DNA of 64,000 nucleotides from an uncultured Phycisphaerales bacterium (GTDB lineage Bacteria; Planctomycetota; Phycisphaerae; Sedimentisphaerales; Anaerobacaceae): positions 64,001 through 128,000 of the forward strand of contig CAVYYI010000004.1 of the NCBI GenBank assembly GCA_963772725.1, read 5' to 3'. The notes beneath the pieces were generated by a model, which saw nothing but the letters and a program-made list of their open reading frames with translations, did not search any database and was not told the origin of the DNA. Every line of letters starts with the position of its first letter. Positions within the stretch are counted from its first letter, which is position 1. The translations under genes and the position numbers were made by a program. Shown here piece by piece: positions 23,309-33,177 of the stretch.

Positions 23309-25434
23309 AAAGAATACTTGAAGTTTTACTTGTGCTTTTATTATATGTATCATCTTTTGGTGCACAGTACTATGTAAGTTCTTCAGGGGGCAGTGATACT
23401 TATGCGGGAACAGCGACAAATGTTGCTTGGGCTACTATGGCTAAGATAAACGGCTCAACCTTTTCACCTGGAGATACAATCTCACTTAAAAAAGGCGATA
23501 CCTGGCGAGAGACGCTTACCCCTCCATCGGCGGGAACGTATGCGCTGCCAATAAGGTTTACCAGCTATGGGGCGGGCAGTAACCCTATAATAGACGCATC
23601 ATATGTCTTTGATGAATGGTTTCAGGTCGGGGCTAACGGCGATATTACCAACGACAACTTTGAGACAGGCTCTTTTAAGGCCGGAGTATGGGGAACGGGG
23701 ACGGCAAATTGTTCTGTTGTAACATGGGGTTCGGGCGGAGAACCTGCGGGAGATGGAACCGCGGGCGGTACTTACGGATTGAAGATACCAGCCACGAAGA
23801 CACTTGATATAACGCTCGGCACAAGCACTTATTCGTTTGTAAATTTTGACTTCTATGTAAGAATGCCAGCCTCTGGCGGAGGTGACCAGAAGTTAATGGC
23901 ATTTTATAATAACGATGGCACGCCCGCCCTTATCGGTACTTTAAGGCTAAGGGATATGGGTACGAGCTATAAACTGTTTTTTTACAATAACGTAACTTCG
24001 CAAAGTACAACCGCTTCGACCGCCATGGCCTTCGAAAGCTGGCATCGCCTGAGTGTCATTATGATAACAGATTTTCGGGGATTAAGCGCGAATAACTACG
24101 GTAATTTTAATGTGCTTCTCGATGGTTCTTCGGAACTTGCCTTATATTCTGCTGCCCAGGTTAATTTCGGCGCTCAAAAGAAAGTCAGCAAAGTTTCTTT
24201 TGGTTTTGCCGATACTACGTCTATTCTCTATCTGGACGCATTTCGATATACAAGAGGTAAACTTGACGTAGCCAATAGTGCAGGATTATGGACTCAATAT
24301 ACGCCAACCGCCTATGTCAACACGGCAGGGCAGCGACCTAAAATATACACTGATAATGTATGTTCGGGCTTAATGGCGGCTAATTTAGCGGCGGTGGATT
24401 CAACTGGTGACTGGTTTGCCGATAACGACGGCACATATCCGCAATACTTTATGTACGATAATCCAACGGGCAAGGTGATAAATATTCCCATTCTTGACGC
24501 GGCTATAAATATCGGGGGCGCTAAGAATTTTCTGACCTTTGACAATCTCACGCTAAAACGGTCAAGACAAAACCTTGTCGCAATGAGCGGAGGCGCGGAT
24601 GGCGCGGTAAAGAGAATCAGGTTTGAGAATATGACGATTTCCGATGCCCTTTACGCCGGATTTTCGCTTGGCTTTGACACTAAGGGCATCATCATCAAGA
24701 ATTGCACAATATCAGGTTGCTGGCACTCGGCAATATTCGCTAATCAGGCCGCGACCAATACCATGATTCCGAGAGATTTAACAATCATCAATAACACCCT
24801 GTATAATAACCATACAGAGGGTATAGCCCTCGAAAAAGTGGGCGATTGTCTTATTCAGGGTAACTTAATCTATAACACCCTGATTGACACTGTGGATGGC
24901 GGTTACGGAATAGGCATTTACGTCAATACGGGGACGGGCGTTGACATTCTCGATGGCTGCGTGAAGATACTTAATAATGTTATATACAACGCCGAGCAAT
25001 ATGGTGTTTGGGTTAGCGACGGCGATAACACTAAGTGCATCGGGCCTGTGCTTCTGTATAATAATATCATTGTGGCTGTCGCCAATAATTCTCAGGCACT
25101 TAGATATACGCTGGCCTCGGCGGCGAGTAAACTACTCGATACCGATTATAACTGCTACTGGCACGCCTACGATGCCTCAAACGTGATGATTTACTGCAAC
25201 GGCAACTATAACCGTACACAGTTTGCGACTTGGCAGTCTAACAGCGGACAGGACACGCACAGCATATGCGGTGACCCGCGTCTTTATAATACTTCTTTGT
25301 ATGATTTTAGATTGTCAACTAATAGTCCATGTCTTAATACTGGCATGCCAACATTAGGGGGAGGTTATACATCTATCGGTGCATGGCAGCGAAATCAAAA
25401 ATGGCAAATGAAATTTAATATATTTGGTAATTAG
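23305..25434 (+). CDS. Signal-peptide protein with right-handed parallel beta-helix (pectin-lyase-like) and lectin-like insert
   Basis: MKRILEVLLVLLL signal; YYVSSSGGSD...PGDTISLKKGDTWRE; repeated IxNNxIYN; DYNCY; DFRL...SPCLNTG...IGAW. Confidence 0.8.
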   Translation: MKRILEVLLVLLLYVSSFGAQYYVSSSGGSDTYAGTATNVAWATMAKINGSTFSPGDTISLKKGDTWRETLTPPSAGTYALPIRFTSYGAGSNPIIDASYVFDEWFQVGANGDITNDNFETGSFKAGVWGTGTANCSVVTWGSGGEPAGDGTAGGTYGLKIPATKTLDITLGTSTYSFVNFDFYVRMPASGGGDQKLMAFYNNDGTPALIGTLRLRDMGTSYKLFFYNNVTSQSTTASTAMAFESWHRLSVIMITDFRGLSANNYGNFNVLLDGSSELALYSAAQVNFGAQKKVSKVSFGFADTTSILYLDAFRYTRGKLDVANSAGLWTQYTPTAYVNTAGQRPKIYTDNVCSGLMAANLAAVDSTGDWFADNDGTYPQYFMYDNPTGKVINIPILDAAINIGGAKNFLTFDNLTLKRSRQNLVAMSGGADGAVKRIRFENMTISDALYAGFSLGFDTKGIIIKNCTISGCWHSAIFANQAATNTMIPRDLTIINNTLYNNHTEGIALEKVGDCLIQGNLIYNTLIDTVDGGYGIGIYVNTGTGVDILDGCVKILNNVIYNAEQYGVWVSDGDNTKCIGPVLLYNNIIVAVANNSQALRYTLASAASKLLDTDYNCYWHAYDASNVMIYCNGNYNRTQFATWQSNSGQDTHSICGDPRLYNTSLYDFRLSTNSPCLNTGMPTLGGGYTSIGAWQRNQKWQMKFNIFGN

Positions 25435-25445
25435 AGGGACTTAAT

Positions 25446-25793
25446 ATGATTATGTGGATTCAATTTGATGGAGATGGTTTATCGCTTGCAAATCCTTATG
25501 CCAGATTGATTCAGAGATCAACAGGCAAGATTTTTAAACCATCAGATAAGACACTCGGCGCTGCTACTACATGGGCAGATTCAGTTATAACACTAACATT
25601 CAGTGCTTTGTTAGGCGGTACTCCTGTAATCTTATCACAAGAACAACTTAATTCTTTAACGGCGGATGATTACTACATCCTGATTTATGACAATGCCGTT
25701 CCTGCTGATACCGACAAAGTTAAGATTGGCGGAGAGTTTACATGGTCAGGCAATAACGTGGTTTATAATTCACCATCTCGAATTAAATTCTAA
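25446..25793 (+). CDS. Hypothetical phage protein
   Basis: GAGGGA SD; lies within the operon. Confidence 0.7.
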   Translation: MIMWIQFDGDGLSLANPYARLIQRSTGKIFKPSDKTLGAATTWADSVITLTFSALLGGTPVILSQEQLNSLTADDYYILIYDNAVPADTDKVKIGGEFTWSGNNVVYNSPSRIKF

Positions 25794-25802
25794 TAGGTTA
25801 AA

Positions 25803-27827
25803 ATGAATAAACTCCTGCAAGGTGAAGAACTTAATAAGTATCTCGACGAGATAGAGGCCTCAGGCATGGCCGTCACTAAGAAGTGGCATTCGATCTGGCG
25901 TACTGCCGTTATGTATGTTTGGAACGAGCAGCTTGGCGATATCAAGAAAAATCCCGACTGGGATTATATCGTTGTAAACTACATCTATCCATTGATGATG
26001 CAGGGAGTGGCTAAGCTATCAAAGAATAATCCAAAGATACTTGGCAGGCCATGGAAGGATGAGGACGCCGAGTATGCAGAGAAATGGCAGGGCGTTATCC
26101 AGTATGTCTGGGAGCAGCTCCTCAATATGCGGGAAGATGTTATTTACGCCTTGCTTGATTCAGCGGTATTCGGTTATGCCGTAGGGAAGGTTTACTGGCA
26201 GAACAAAGTGAACTGGGATGAGCAAAATAAGAAATGGACTGGCGATATAAGACATCGCTTAATTCATCCGGCAAATTTCTGGGTTGATCCGACCGCCTCC
26301 AGAATTAAAGACGCACGCAATCTTGGTACAATGCGCAAGGTTCGTCTTGACTGGGCCATAAGTCAATGGCCGGAGTTCGAGGAGGAGCTTAGGGAAGAGT
26401 CTAAATCATCAAGCGATTATGATGATATGGAGTATAGCGACGGCTTTGACGCATTATATGACGTCACACCTGTTTATGAGAACCAGCAGGCAAGTTCATT
26501 AAAGCGTTATTTCTCGAAGCTTGTCTCTGTCATTATGAACAGAGATTCGGCCCCGGCCAATGATAACAGCAAGGAAATAGAGTACGTATGGTTGAGGGAG
26601 ACGTATTTTAAAGACGATTACGAAAAGCATGTTAAGGTAGAGGATTATATACCTGAAAGTATATTACTTCAACGCGGCGATGTAATCGCCGAACCTGGTA
26701 CTGGAATTGTTAAATGGGCCAAAGACGGCAAGGAAGTATCGAAAGAAGATTATCCAAAGCAGGTTATTCAGGAGTATGATAAACCGCTATTCCCTCGAGG
26801 ACGCTACGTTCTTCGTGCCGGCAAGACAATACTCAATCCAGAACTCGAAGATCAGGTATATCCATTCAGCCATTGGCCGTTTACGGTTCTGGTTCATCAT
26901 ATCCTGCCGCACATGTGGCAGGGTTCTAATGCCGTCGAATTCTCTAAGAGCAGTCAGGATATGCTCAACAGCACTATTGCACACTTAATCCAGCATGTAA
27001 AACTTAACGCCGATCCTCAGACTATTGTTGAGGCACAGACGCTGGCCAAGGATAAGAGAGGTAATGTCCGGGAGATTAAGGGCAAGGCTGGCGAGATAAT
27101 CATAGCCAAGAAGGGTCGAATGGGAGCAATAAAGCGCCTTGAGGCTGGCCGTATAGGCCCGGAAGTTTTTACCATTATCGACTACCTGCGTAAGGATATT
27201 GAGAGCCAGCAGTTCATGCACCCGACCGCTCAGGGAGCTACTGTCAAAGGTGACTTATCGGCAACGGAAGCGGCAAGACTTGATACCAATGCCCATGATA
27301 TGGTTGCGATGCGTTCTGTCCTGCTCGATAAATGGATCGAGGGTACTGCAATTAATATCGCTGAAATGGTTCAAAAGTATTACGACCTCGAGCGCAGACT
27401 AAGGATTATCGGCACAGACGGCGAGACTCGCAATATCATGATGGACGCCGAATTAAAACAAGTCGAATGGGATTTAGAGATTGAGCCAGGCTCAACACTG
27501 CCATTCGATGAAGAGCGACGCAAGAACGACTACGCAGCGGCTTATAAGTATCTATCCGACCCGAATATAAATCCGATGCTCGAGGACATGCTCCGCATTC
27601 TTAATATCGCTAATCGAAGCAAAATATTATCCAAACACAAACAAACACAAGTATTCCGTCAGTTCGTAATGCTCAGCCAGCAAGTACAGGGACTTATCCA
27701 GCAGGCTCAGCAAAGCGGTGGACAGATAAAACCAGAACAATTGGCCGCGGCTAAAGAGCAGGTATTACAGCAGGTACTGGCACTTATGCAGCAGGTCAAT
27801 CAGATAACCGCGAAAGGAGCGGCATGA
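25803..27827 (+). CDS. Portal protein (P22-like)
   Basis: 674 aa; IVVNYIYP, FWVDP, IEPGSTLP; Gln-rich C-terminal helix; position after TerL. Confidence 0.88.
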   Translation: MNKLLQGEELNKYLDEIEASGMAVTKKWHSIWRTAVMYVWNEQLGDIKKNPDWDYIVVNYIYPLMMQGVAKLSKNNPKILGRPWKDEDAEYAEKWQGVIQYVWEQLLNMREDVIYALLDSAVFGYAVGKVYWQNKVNWDEQNKKWTGDIRHRLIHPANFWVDPTASRIKDARNLGTMRKVRLDWAISQWPEFEEELREESKSSSDYDDMEYSDGFDALYDVTPVYENQQASSLKRYFSKLVSVIMNRDSAPANDNSKEIEYVWLRETYFKDDYEKHVKVEDYIPESILLQRGDVIAEPGTGIVKWAKDGKEVSKEDYPKQVIQEYDKPLFPRGRYVLRAGKTILNPELEDQVYPFSHWPFTVLVHHILPHMWQGSNAVEFSKSSQDMLNSTIAHLIQHVKLNADPQTIVEAQTLAKDKRGNVREIKGKAGEIIIAKKGRMGAIKRLEAGRIGPEVFTIIDYLRKDIESQQFMHPTAQGATVKGDLSATEAARLDTNAHDMVAMRSVLLDKWIEGTAINIAEMVQKYYDLERRLRIIGTDGETRNIMMDAELKQVEWDLEIEPGSTLPFDEERRKNDYAAAYKYLSDPNINPMLEDMLRILNIANRSKILSKHKQTQVFRQFVMLSQQVQGLIQQAQQSGGQIKPEQLAAAKEQVLQQVLALMQQVNQITAKGAA

Positions 27828-28000
27828 GTACAAGTAATCCAGTTGAATTAAGTGGTAAGAAATGGCGTGCTGAAGATGATGCCAGAACATTGATGAGGGC
27901 AGAGGAAGTTAAAAGCGACAAAGGCCGACTGAAGGCGGCCCTTGCAATACTCAAGGAACAGAGTGATCAGAGAGAGCAGATATTAAAAAATACCGAGTAA
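27824..28000 (+). CDS. 58-aa phage protein (KWRAEDDARTLMRAEEVK)
   Basis: AAGGAG SD, ATGA overlap with portal; below the ORF-track size cutoff. Confidence 0.65.
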   Translation: MSTSNPVELSGKKWRAEDDARTLMRAEEVKSDKGRLKAALAILKEQSDQREQILKNTE

Positions 28001-28002
28001 CT

Positions 28003-28023
28003 TAAACCGCATGTTGCGGTTTA
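28003..28023. terminator. Hairpin after the portal operon
   Basis: TAAACCGCA-TGT-TGCGGTTTA. Confidence 0.4.
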
Positions 28024-28127
28024 GATATAACTTCTGACAGCTAAAGGGACATGGGCCAAACAGCCAGCCAGAAGATAGATGTAACCGGAAAGAGACAAGG
28101 GCTCAAACAAAGGAAAGGATTCTTAAG

Positions 28128-28853
28128 ATGGATGAGAAGGAACTTAGAGACAAGGCAATCAAGGAAGCGGAAAAAGCAGACGGTCAATTCGATAAAGAAC
28201 GTCAGCGGGCAGATCAGGCAGAGGCCAATTATCGCAAAACAGCGGCAGAGAAAGAGCAGATGACATCACAGGTATCGCAGCTCCAACAGCAGTTGGCAGA
28301 GCAGCAAAGGCAGTTTGCGGAATTGAACGCCCAGAGCCAGGCATCTAAATCAATCGAGATCGCACTCCCAGATATAAACCTCGAAGATGCAACGATTGAA
28401 GATGTCGCAAAAGTCGTAGCGGCTTCCAAAAAGGTTATTGCCGAACAGGCTAAGCAATTAGCCGCTCTAAATGCCAAGGCCAGCAGGTTCGAGCAGAGGA
28501 CTGCCGAAGAAGAGGCCAAGCTCCAGCGTAACAAGGTTCTTAATGATGTATGCGAGGACCTTGAAGGCGAATTTGGAGCAGGCCTACGTAACGACGCTAT
28601 TAAACTCATGGAGAAGATGAACGCCGAGCAGGGATTGCCAGCCAATCCAGCTAAGGCCGTTCTCAGGCTTCGCCAGTGTTTTAAACTGGCCAAAGAGGAT
28701 AAGGCGTCAGGCAAGGATAAAGACAAGCCTCTGATTACCGATACAGGCGGCGGCGGCGATCGTCCAGGATTTAAGAAACCGCAGATTCAAAAAGGTTCAT
28801 TAGAAGAAGTGTCCGCGCAATATGCCAAAGCGTATGGCAAAAGCAGCGGGTAA
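28128..28853 (+). CDS. Putative scaffolding protein
   Basis: Charged coiled-coil protein between portal and capsid. Confidence 0.7.
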   Translation: MDEKELRDKAIKEAEKADGQFDKERQRADQAEANYRKTAAEKEQMTSQVSQLQQQLAEQQRQFAELNAQSQASKSIEIALPDINLEDATIEDVAKVVAASKKVIAEQAKQLAALNAKASRFEQRTAEEEAKLQRNKVLNDVCEDLEGEFGAGLRNDAIKLMEKMNAEQGLPANPAKAVLRLRQCFKLAKEDKASGKDKDKPLITDTGGGGDRPGFKKPQIQKGSLEEVSAQYAKAYGKSSG

Positions 28854-28893
28854 AACAGTAAGTTTTTAACAACAATCAGTCAAGGAGACTAAT

Positions 28894-29946
28894 ATGTCGT
28901 TTCATCAAGACTTAGAAAACATGACCAGAGACATGCACGACGATACTCTGGAGGTTGAGTACTTAAATAAGACTCCGCTTCTCAACCTTATTATGGAGAA
29001 AAAGAACCTCAGATTCAATGGCGGCAAGTACTACTACAAGGAAGTAGATACCGACACTATTGAAGACCTTGCTCAGGATTATTCGGTCAACGATAAGCTG
29101 ACGCACGGCACAAAGGACACGACTGAACGCGTTATGTTCACTCGTAAGACATTCCAGATACCTGTCCAAATTGACCTGGATGAGGAATTGCAGAATGCTC
29201 TGGATAACGAAGACGGCACACAGCTTCATAAGCTTGCTGAATTCAAGGTTCGCAAGACCAATGAGGCCGGACGTCTCCACATGCGTAAGCTTATCTACGG
29301 AGCGGCAGGCGATACCGATAAGCAGGTTCAGGGCCTTAACTCGGCACTGCTCATCGCGGCAACCAATTACGGCACTGTCCTTCGCAGTATCATTACTGGT
29401 GGGACTAACAAGTGGTGGCAGCCCGCTGACGATCGCTACACCAGCACGACTCAGGCGACGGAGACAGCGATATCAATCGACTGGTTACAAGCCATCGTTG
29501 ACCCGCTGACTGACCTTGAGAACGATAACGGCAATCTGGTTGTGGTTGTCGGCAATACCTTGTGGCTTGCTCTCCAGAGCGAGGCTCAGGCCAGAAGTAT
29601 GCCAATCAAGTCCGACCCCAACGGCAAGTTCAAATTCGGTATTCAGGAGATGTATATCGGCAACATGCACATCGTGAAGGATCCATTCCTGCAAACCAAG
29701 TACAACACATCCATGGGCATGACTACTGGTTCAGCGGGTGACTTGGCCCGAAGGCTCTATATCCTGAACATGAAGGACTGGGATCTCATGATTCATCCGA
29801 AGCGTAACTTCCAGATGACCGAGTTCTTCGATCAGAAACAGATTGCAGGCGGCGCCGACTTCAAGATGGCTCGTTTGCTGTTTGGTGGCAATATCGTTTG
29901 CTGGCATCCGAACAGACAGTTGTACCTGTCGAACGTTGTTGCTTAA
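28894..29946 (+). CDS. Major capsid protein
   Basis: 350 aa; strong SD; TPLLNLI...GG, QVQGL, IVKDP, LYILN; position after scaffold. Confidence 0.85.
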   Translation: MSFHQDLENMTRDMHDDTLEVEYLNKTPLLNLIMEKKNLRFNGGKYYYKEVDTDTIEDLAQDYSVNDKLTHGTKDTTERVMFTRKTFQIPVQIDLDEELQNALDNEDGTQLHKLAEFKVRKTNEAGRLHMRKLIYGAAGDTDKQVQGLNSALLIAATNYGTVLRSIITGGTNKWWQPADDRYTSTTQATETAISIDWLQAIVDPLTDLENDNGNLVVVVGNTLWLALQSEAQARSMPIKSDPNGKFKFGIQEMYIGNMHIVKDPFLQTKYNTSMGMTTGSAGDLARRLYILNMKDWDLMIHPKRNFQMTEFFDQKQIAGGADFKMARLLFGGNIVCWHPNRQLYLSNVVA

Positions 29947-30024
29947 GTTTTTTTTGGCGTGTGATATCACTAAAATATCACTAAAAAGTATTTAAAAATC
30001 TTTTAAAAGAAAGCGAGAAATAGT

Positions 30025-30645
30025 ATGGCTGTTACAAATTTAGATGATGCCCAATTGATTCTTATCGACAGATGGCCGGGTGTTGCAAATAACATTCAGG
30101 CCCTTCCCAATATCGCCGGAACGCCTTCAGGCCTGATCGGCTGGTCAGATACCGAGGATTATCCTCTCGGCACGAAGGTCATCTTCCACGACCCGGACAA
30201 TAACGGCGATTCAACCTTCATTTACCTCAAGTACATGAAGGGTGCGGATCACGATATTGACCTTGCGGTCAAGAACGTGGTCGGAGTCTGGGACACCACC
30301 CCAGTTCTCTACGAGGTACTCAATGACGGCGGCGAGATGCTGCTTGGCGGGCCTATCGCGATATCCATCAATACGCTGGATTATGGCGTGGTATTCACTG
30401 CTGGCGGCAAGACCTACCAGTACGGCTGGTTCTGGTGCGGCGGCGTATGTCCGGCGAGCATTAAGAATGCGGCTGGAACAAAGGTACTCGATGGTAACTT
30501 CACGATAACCGACGGTTCGCCTGCTGTTGCGGGTACAGGACTGCGGGCCTATGACGTTGCCGGAGCGGCCGCTACTCTTGGCGTAACTGTCGAAACGGAT
30601 ATCGCACAGCCTTTCGGTGCATGGGCAATGAGCGCGAGCGCTTAA
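30025..30645 (+). CDS. Putative capsid decoration/cement protein
   Basis: Follows MCP; YPLGTK...FIYLKY...QYGWF pattern. Confidence 0.6.
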   Translation: MAVTNLDDAQLILIDRWPGVANNIQALPNIAGTPSGLIGWSDTEDYPLGTKVIFHDPDNNGDSTFIYLKYMKGADHDIDLAVKNVVGVWDTTPVLYEVLNDGGEMLLGGPIAISINTLDYGVVFTAGGKTYQYGWFWCGGVCPASIKNAAGTKVLDGNFTITDGSPAVAGTGLRAYDVAGAAATLGVTVETDIAQPFGAWAMSASA

Positions 30646-30701
30646 TAATCGCACAATTGCACAGTAATGTAAGTGCTTAATCACGAAAGGAGGCCAATAA
30701 C

Positions 30702-30965
30702 ATGGCTTTTAACACGTTAGTACAGAAGATATTGAAACTGGCAGGACTATACCTTGAGGTCGGAAGGCTTAACTTTTCGGCGGCAGGGTTAACAGTTGAA
30801 GTGCCTACGAAGATTCGCACAAATATCATCTGCGGATTTGGTGTCACCCAGGATGGCACAGGTGTATCGCAGGATGCCGAGATTACGAGCGGCTGCGTCA
30901 CCTTTGCAAGACCTTCTGGTGGAACAAGCGGAGCGTACTTTAATTACGTCCTGTTCGGCTATTAA
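30702..30965 (+). CDS. Small virion-associated protein
   Basis: GGAGG SD; beta-rich, ends FNYVLFGY. Confidence 0.65.
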   Translation: MAFNTLVQKILKLAGLYLEVGRLNFSAAGLTVEVPTKIRTNIICGFGVTQDGTGVSQDAEITSGCVTFARPSGGTSGAYFNYVLFGY

Positions 30966-30970
30966 CAATT

Positions 30971-31024
30971 CTCCTCCTCCATGGAGTCGGCCTAAGTGTC
31001 GGCTCCGTGGAGGGAGATTTGTTT
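30971..31024 (+). terminator. Long GC hairpin after the head genes
   Basis: CTCCATGGAGTCGGC-CTAAGT-GTCGGCTCCGTGGAG (with G-U pairs) then TTTGTTT. Confidence 0.55.
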
Positions 31025-31034
31025 GGAGATGATT

Positions 31035-31268
31035 ATGATTCTTCCTGTCAAAGTATCTGAATTTTTAAATGATGTAAATTTGCAATCAGAGGTCGATAAG
31101 TCGAAGGCTCAACTTGTTGAGATAGATGCAAGGATAGCGGAATTACAAACCAAGATAGATAACCAGCTAAAGCAGAGAGTTATCCTTGAGGCAAATATCA
31201 ATGATGTCGAGACCCTGAAAGCAATTTCAGAGCGATTGAAACTTCGCGAAACGGAAGGGATTAAGTAA
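31035..31268 (+). CDS. Coiled-coil hypothetical protein
   Basis: GGAG SD at ~31025; TAATG overlap with the next gene. Confidence 0.6.
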   Translation: MILPVKVSEFLNDVNLQSEVDKSKAQLVEIDARIAELQTKIDNQLKQRVILEANINDVETLKAISERLKLRETEGIK

Positions 31269-31942
31269 TGGCAAAGACCTGCGCACAGCTTATCGCCAGA
31301 GTTAAACAGTTAGTGGGACGAACAGGCAATGTTGCCAGCCAGATTGATATTGATAATATCGTTCTGGACGCCCTGAACGAGGCCCAGGTATACATCGTCC
31401 GCAAGGTCCCTAACATAATGGACTTGCAGGTCAAAGACACAACGACGCTCGATGCTGCTACTGACCAATACGAGTATGACTTAGCGGGATTTACTATCCC
31501 TATCGCTCATTTAATGAACGTGTGGATTCTTGACGGCACATCATCCATCAGGCTGGATTACGAACAAAAAGACGAGTTTGACAAGCACTACCCGGACGTG
31601 GCGTCAATCGCCGCCGGCGTACCCGACATATACACAAGAAGAGGCAATAAGATCGAATTCAATTGCCCTGTATCGAGCGATTATAACGCAAAAGATATCA
31701 GGGTTGATTATTGCAAGTGGGCAACTGAATTCGCTTCTACTGTCTCAACGGCAACATCGCAATTAATAAAGGCCGATCAGGGCCTTATCCTGTTTGCATG
31801 GGGCGAGACGTTAAGAGCTATCGCAAAAGGCAATCCGTCAGTTATCGCGATAGCGAACGAAAAGAAGGCATTATTCAATGAGTGGCTGGACGATTACAGC
31901 GACTATCACGATTTAGCCACGGAAAATATAACGGAGTATTAA
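31268..31942 (+). CDS. Head-tail adaptor (P22 gp4 / T7 tubular A position)
   Basis: LIARVKQL...DALNEAQ...YEYDL...GVPDIY pattern. Confidence 0.7.
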   Translation: MAKTCAQLIARVKQLVGRTGNVASQIDIDNIVLDALNEAQVYIVRKVPNIMDLQVKDTTTLDAATDQYEYDLAGFTIPIAHLMNVWILDGTSSIRLDYEQKDEFDKHYPDVASIAAGVPDIYTRRGNKIEFNCPVSSDYNAKDIRVDYCKWATEFASTVSTATSQLIKADQGLILFAWGETLRAIAKGNPSVIAIANEKKALFNEWLDDYSDYHDLATENITEY

Positions 31943-31943
31943 T

Positions 31944-33170
31944 ATGGCACAAGAAGCAGGCGACGGCTTAAGTATAAATGAAGACCGCCCGGATATTGAC
32001 CAGCCGGAAGGTTACGATTACAGAGAATTGCAGCACATCAAAAAAGGCTTACGCATACGACTTGAGAAAGAGCATAACTGCGCCGCCGCCGTTCTGGCCG
32101 TTGATGGCACAGGCGGCGAGCATTTGAATGGCTCAGCGGTCGCATACGAAGGCGCAGGCCCAATTACAAAGAGGCCTGATACTTCTACCGACCTTGCTGA
32201 TAACGCTTACGACAGGGGACGTCTCTGGCTCGACGACAACTATGATCCGCCAATATTGAAACGATGGGCAGGCGCCGCATGGGAGGTTATTGGCCGGATG
32301 CTGGCTGATACAGAGAGCCTTGTAATTACGCTTGCCAACGAGAAGCAGGAGGATATTGACGGAGGCAGAGAGACGCTTATTAAGTTCAAGGGCGAGAAGG
32401 CTGACGGCACGGCACATGAATTGGCCGTTATCAGAGTTCAGCACGATGGCGCTGGCGACGATTACAAGGGCGATTTAATACTTTACGTCAATGACGGTAA
32501 CGATGCTGACGGCTCGCTTACGGAGGTTATGCGGATAGACTCAGCCAAGCTGGTAACGTTTGCCGGGGCGATAACAGCAGGCGGAGTTATCACCAACCCA
32601 GAGATACCAGTCTTTACTAAAGGTGTTGTAGCTAATGACACGTACCTTCGGGCCCGTAATCCGGCAGGTGACGGCAATGTGGACATGATAAAGGTTGGCC
32701 GAAACGAGGCTAACGACGCCGATGTGGTTATATTACCGGACAAGGTTAGAACGGCAACCAATGCGGCGCCGGCAGAAGATACGGCGATTGTAAATAAGAA
32801 ATATGCAGATGACAATTTTGAACCTAAATTAGTCAGTCAGGCAACGGCTTCCATTTTTGGTGCATGGACAAATCTTGACAGTGACACTAACGCGCTCGCT
32901 AAAACTAATGTTTACAAAGCTACATCAGACGGAATTGTCATGGCTTATAAGGCATGTACGGCAGGTTGGGCACAGGAATTGGTTGGTTATACAGACAACA
33001 ATAACCCACCAACAACAGTACGTTGTGCAGCGTCAAATGCAAATACGCTTTACGCGACTATAACGATGCCAGTTAAGAAGAATGACTACTTTAAAATTGT
33101 AGCTAATACGGCTGGCAATCCAACTATATATTGGTTACCTATCGGCACAGGTGTATGCCAGAAACAATAG
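31944..33170 (+). CDS. Tail fibre / receptor-binding protein
   Basis: GRLWLD, VNKKYADD and C-terminal beta domain ITMPVKKNDYF. Confidence 0.7.
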   Translation: MAQEAGDGLSINEDRPDIDQPEGYDYRELQHIKKGLRIRLEKEHNCAAAVLAVDGTGGEHLNGSAVAYEGAGPITKRPDTSTDLADNAYDRGRLWLDDNYDPPILKRWAGAAWEVIGRMLADTESLVITLANEKQEDIDGGRETLIKFKGEKADGTAHELAVIRVQHDGAGDDYKGDLILYVNDGNDADGSLTEVMRIDSAKLVTFAGAITAGGVITNPEIPVFTKGVVANDTYLRARNPAGDGNVDMIKVGRNEANDADVVILPDKVRTATNAAPAEDTAIVNKKYADDNFEPKLVSQATASIFGAWTNLDSDTNALAKTNVYKATSDGIVMAYKACTAGWAQELVGYTDNNNPPTTVRCAASNANTLYATITMPVKKNDYFKIVANTAGNPTIYWLPIGTGVCQKQ

Positions 33171-33177
33171 GATATTA

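Noticed and set aside
31944..33170. Diversity-generating retroelement or invertible tail-fibre cassette
   Set aside because: No reverse transcriptase, template repeat or invertase seen in the window
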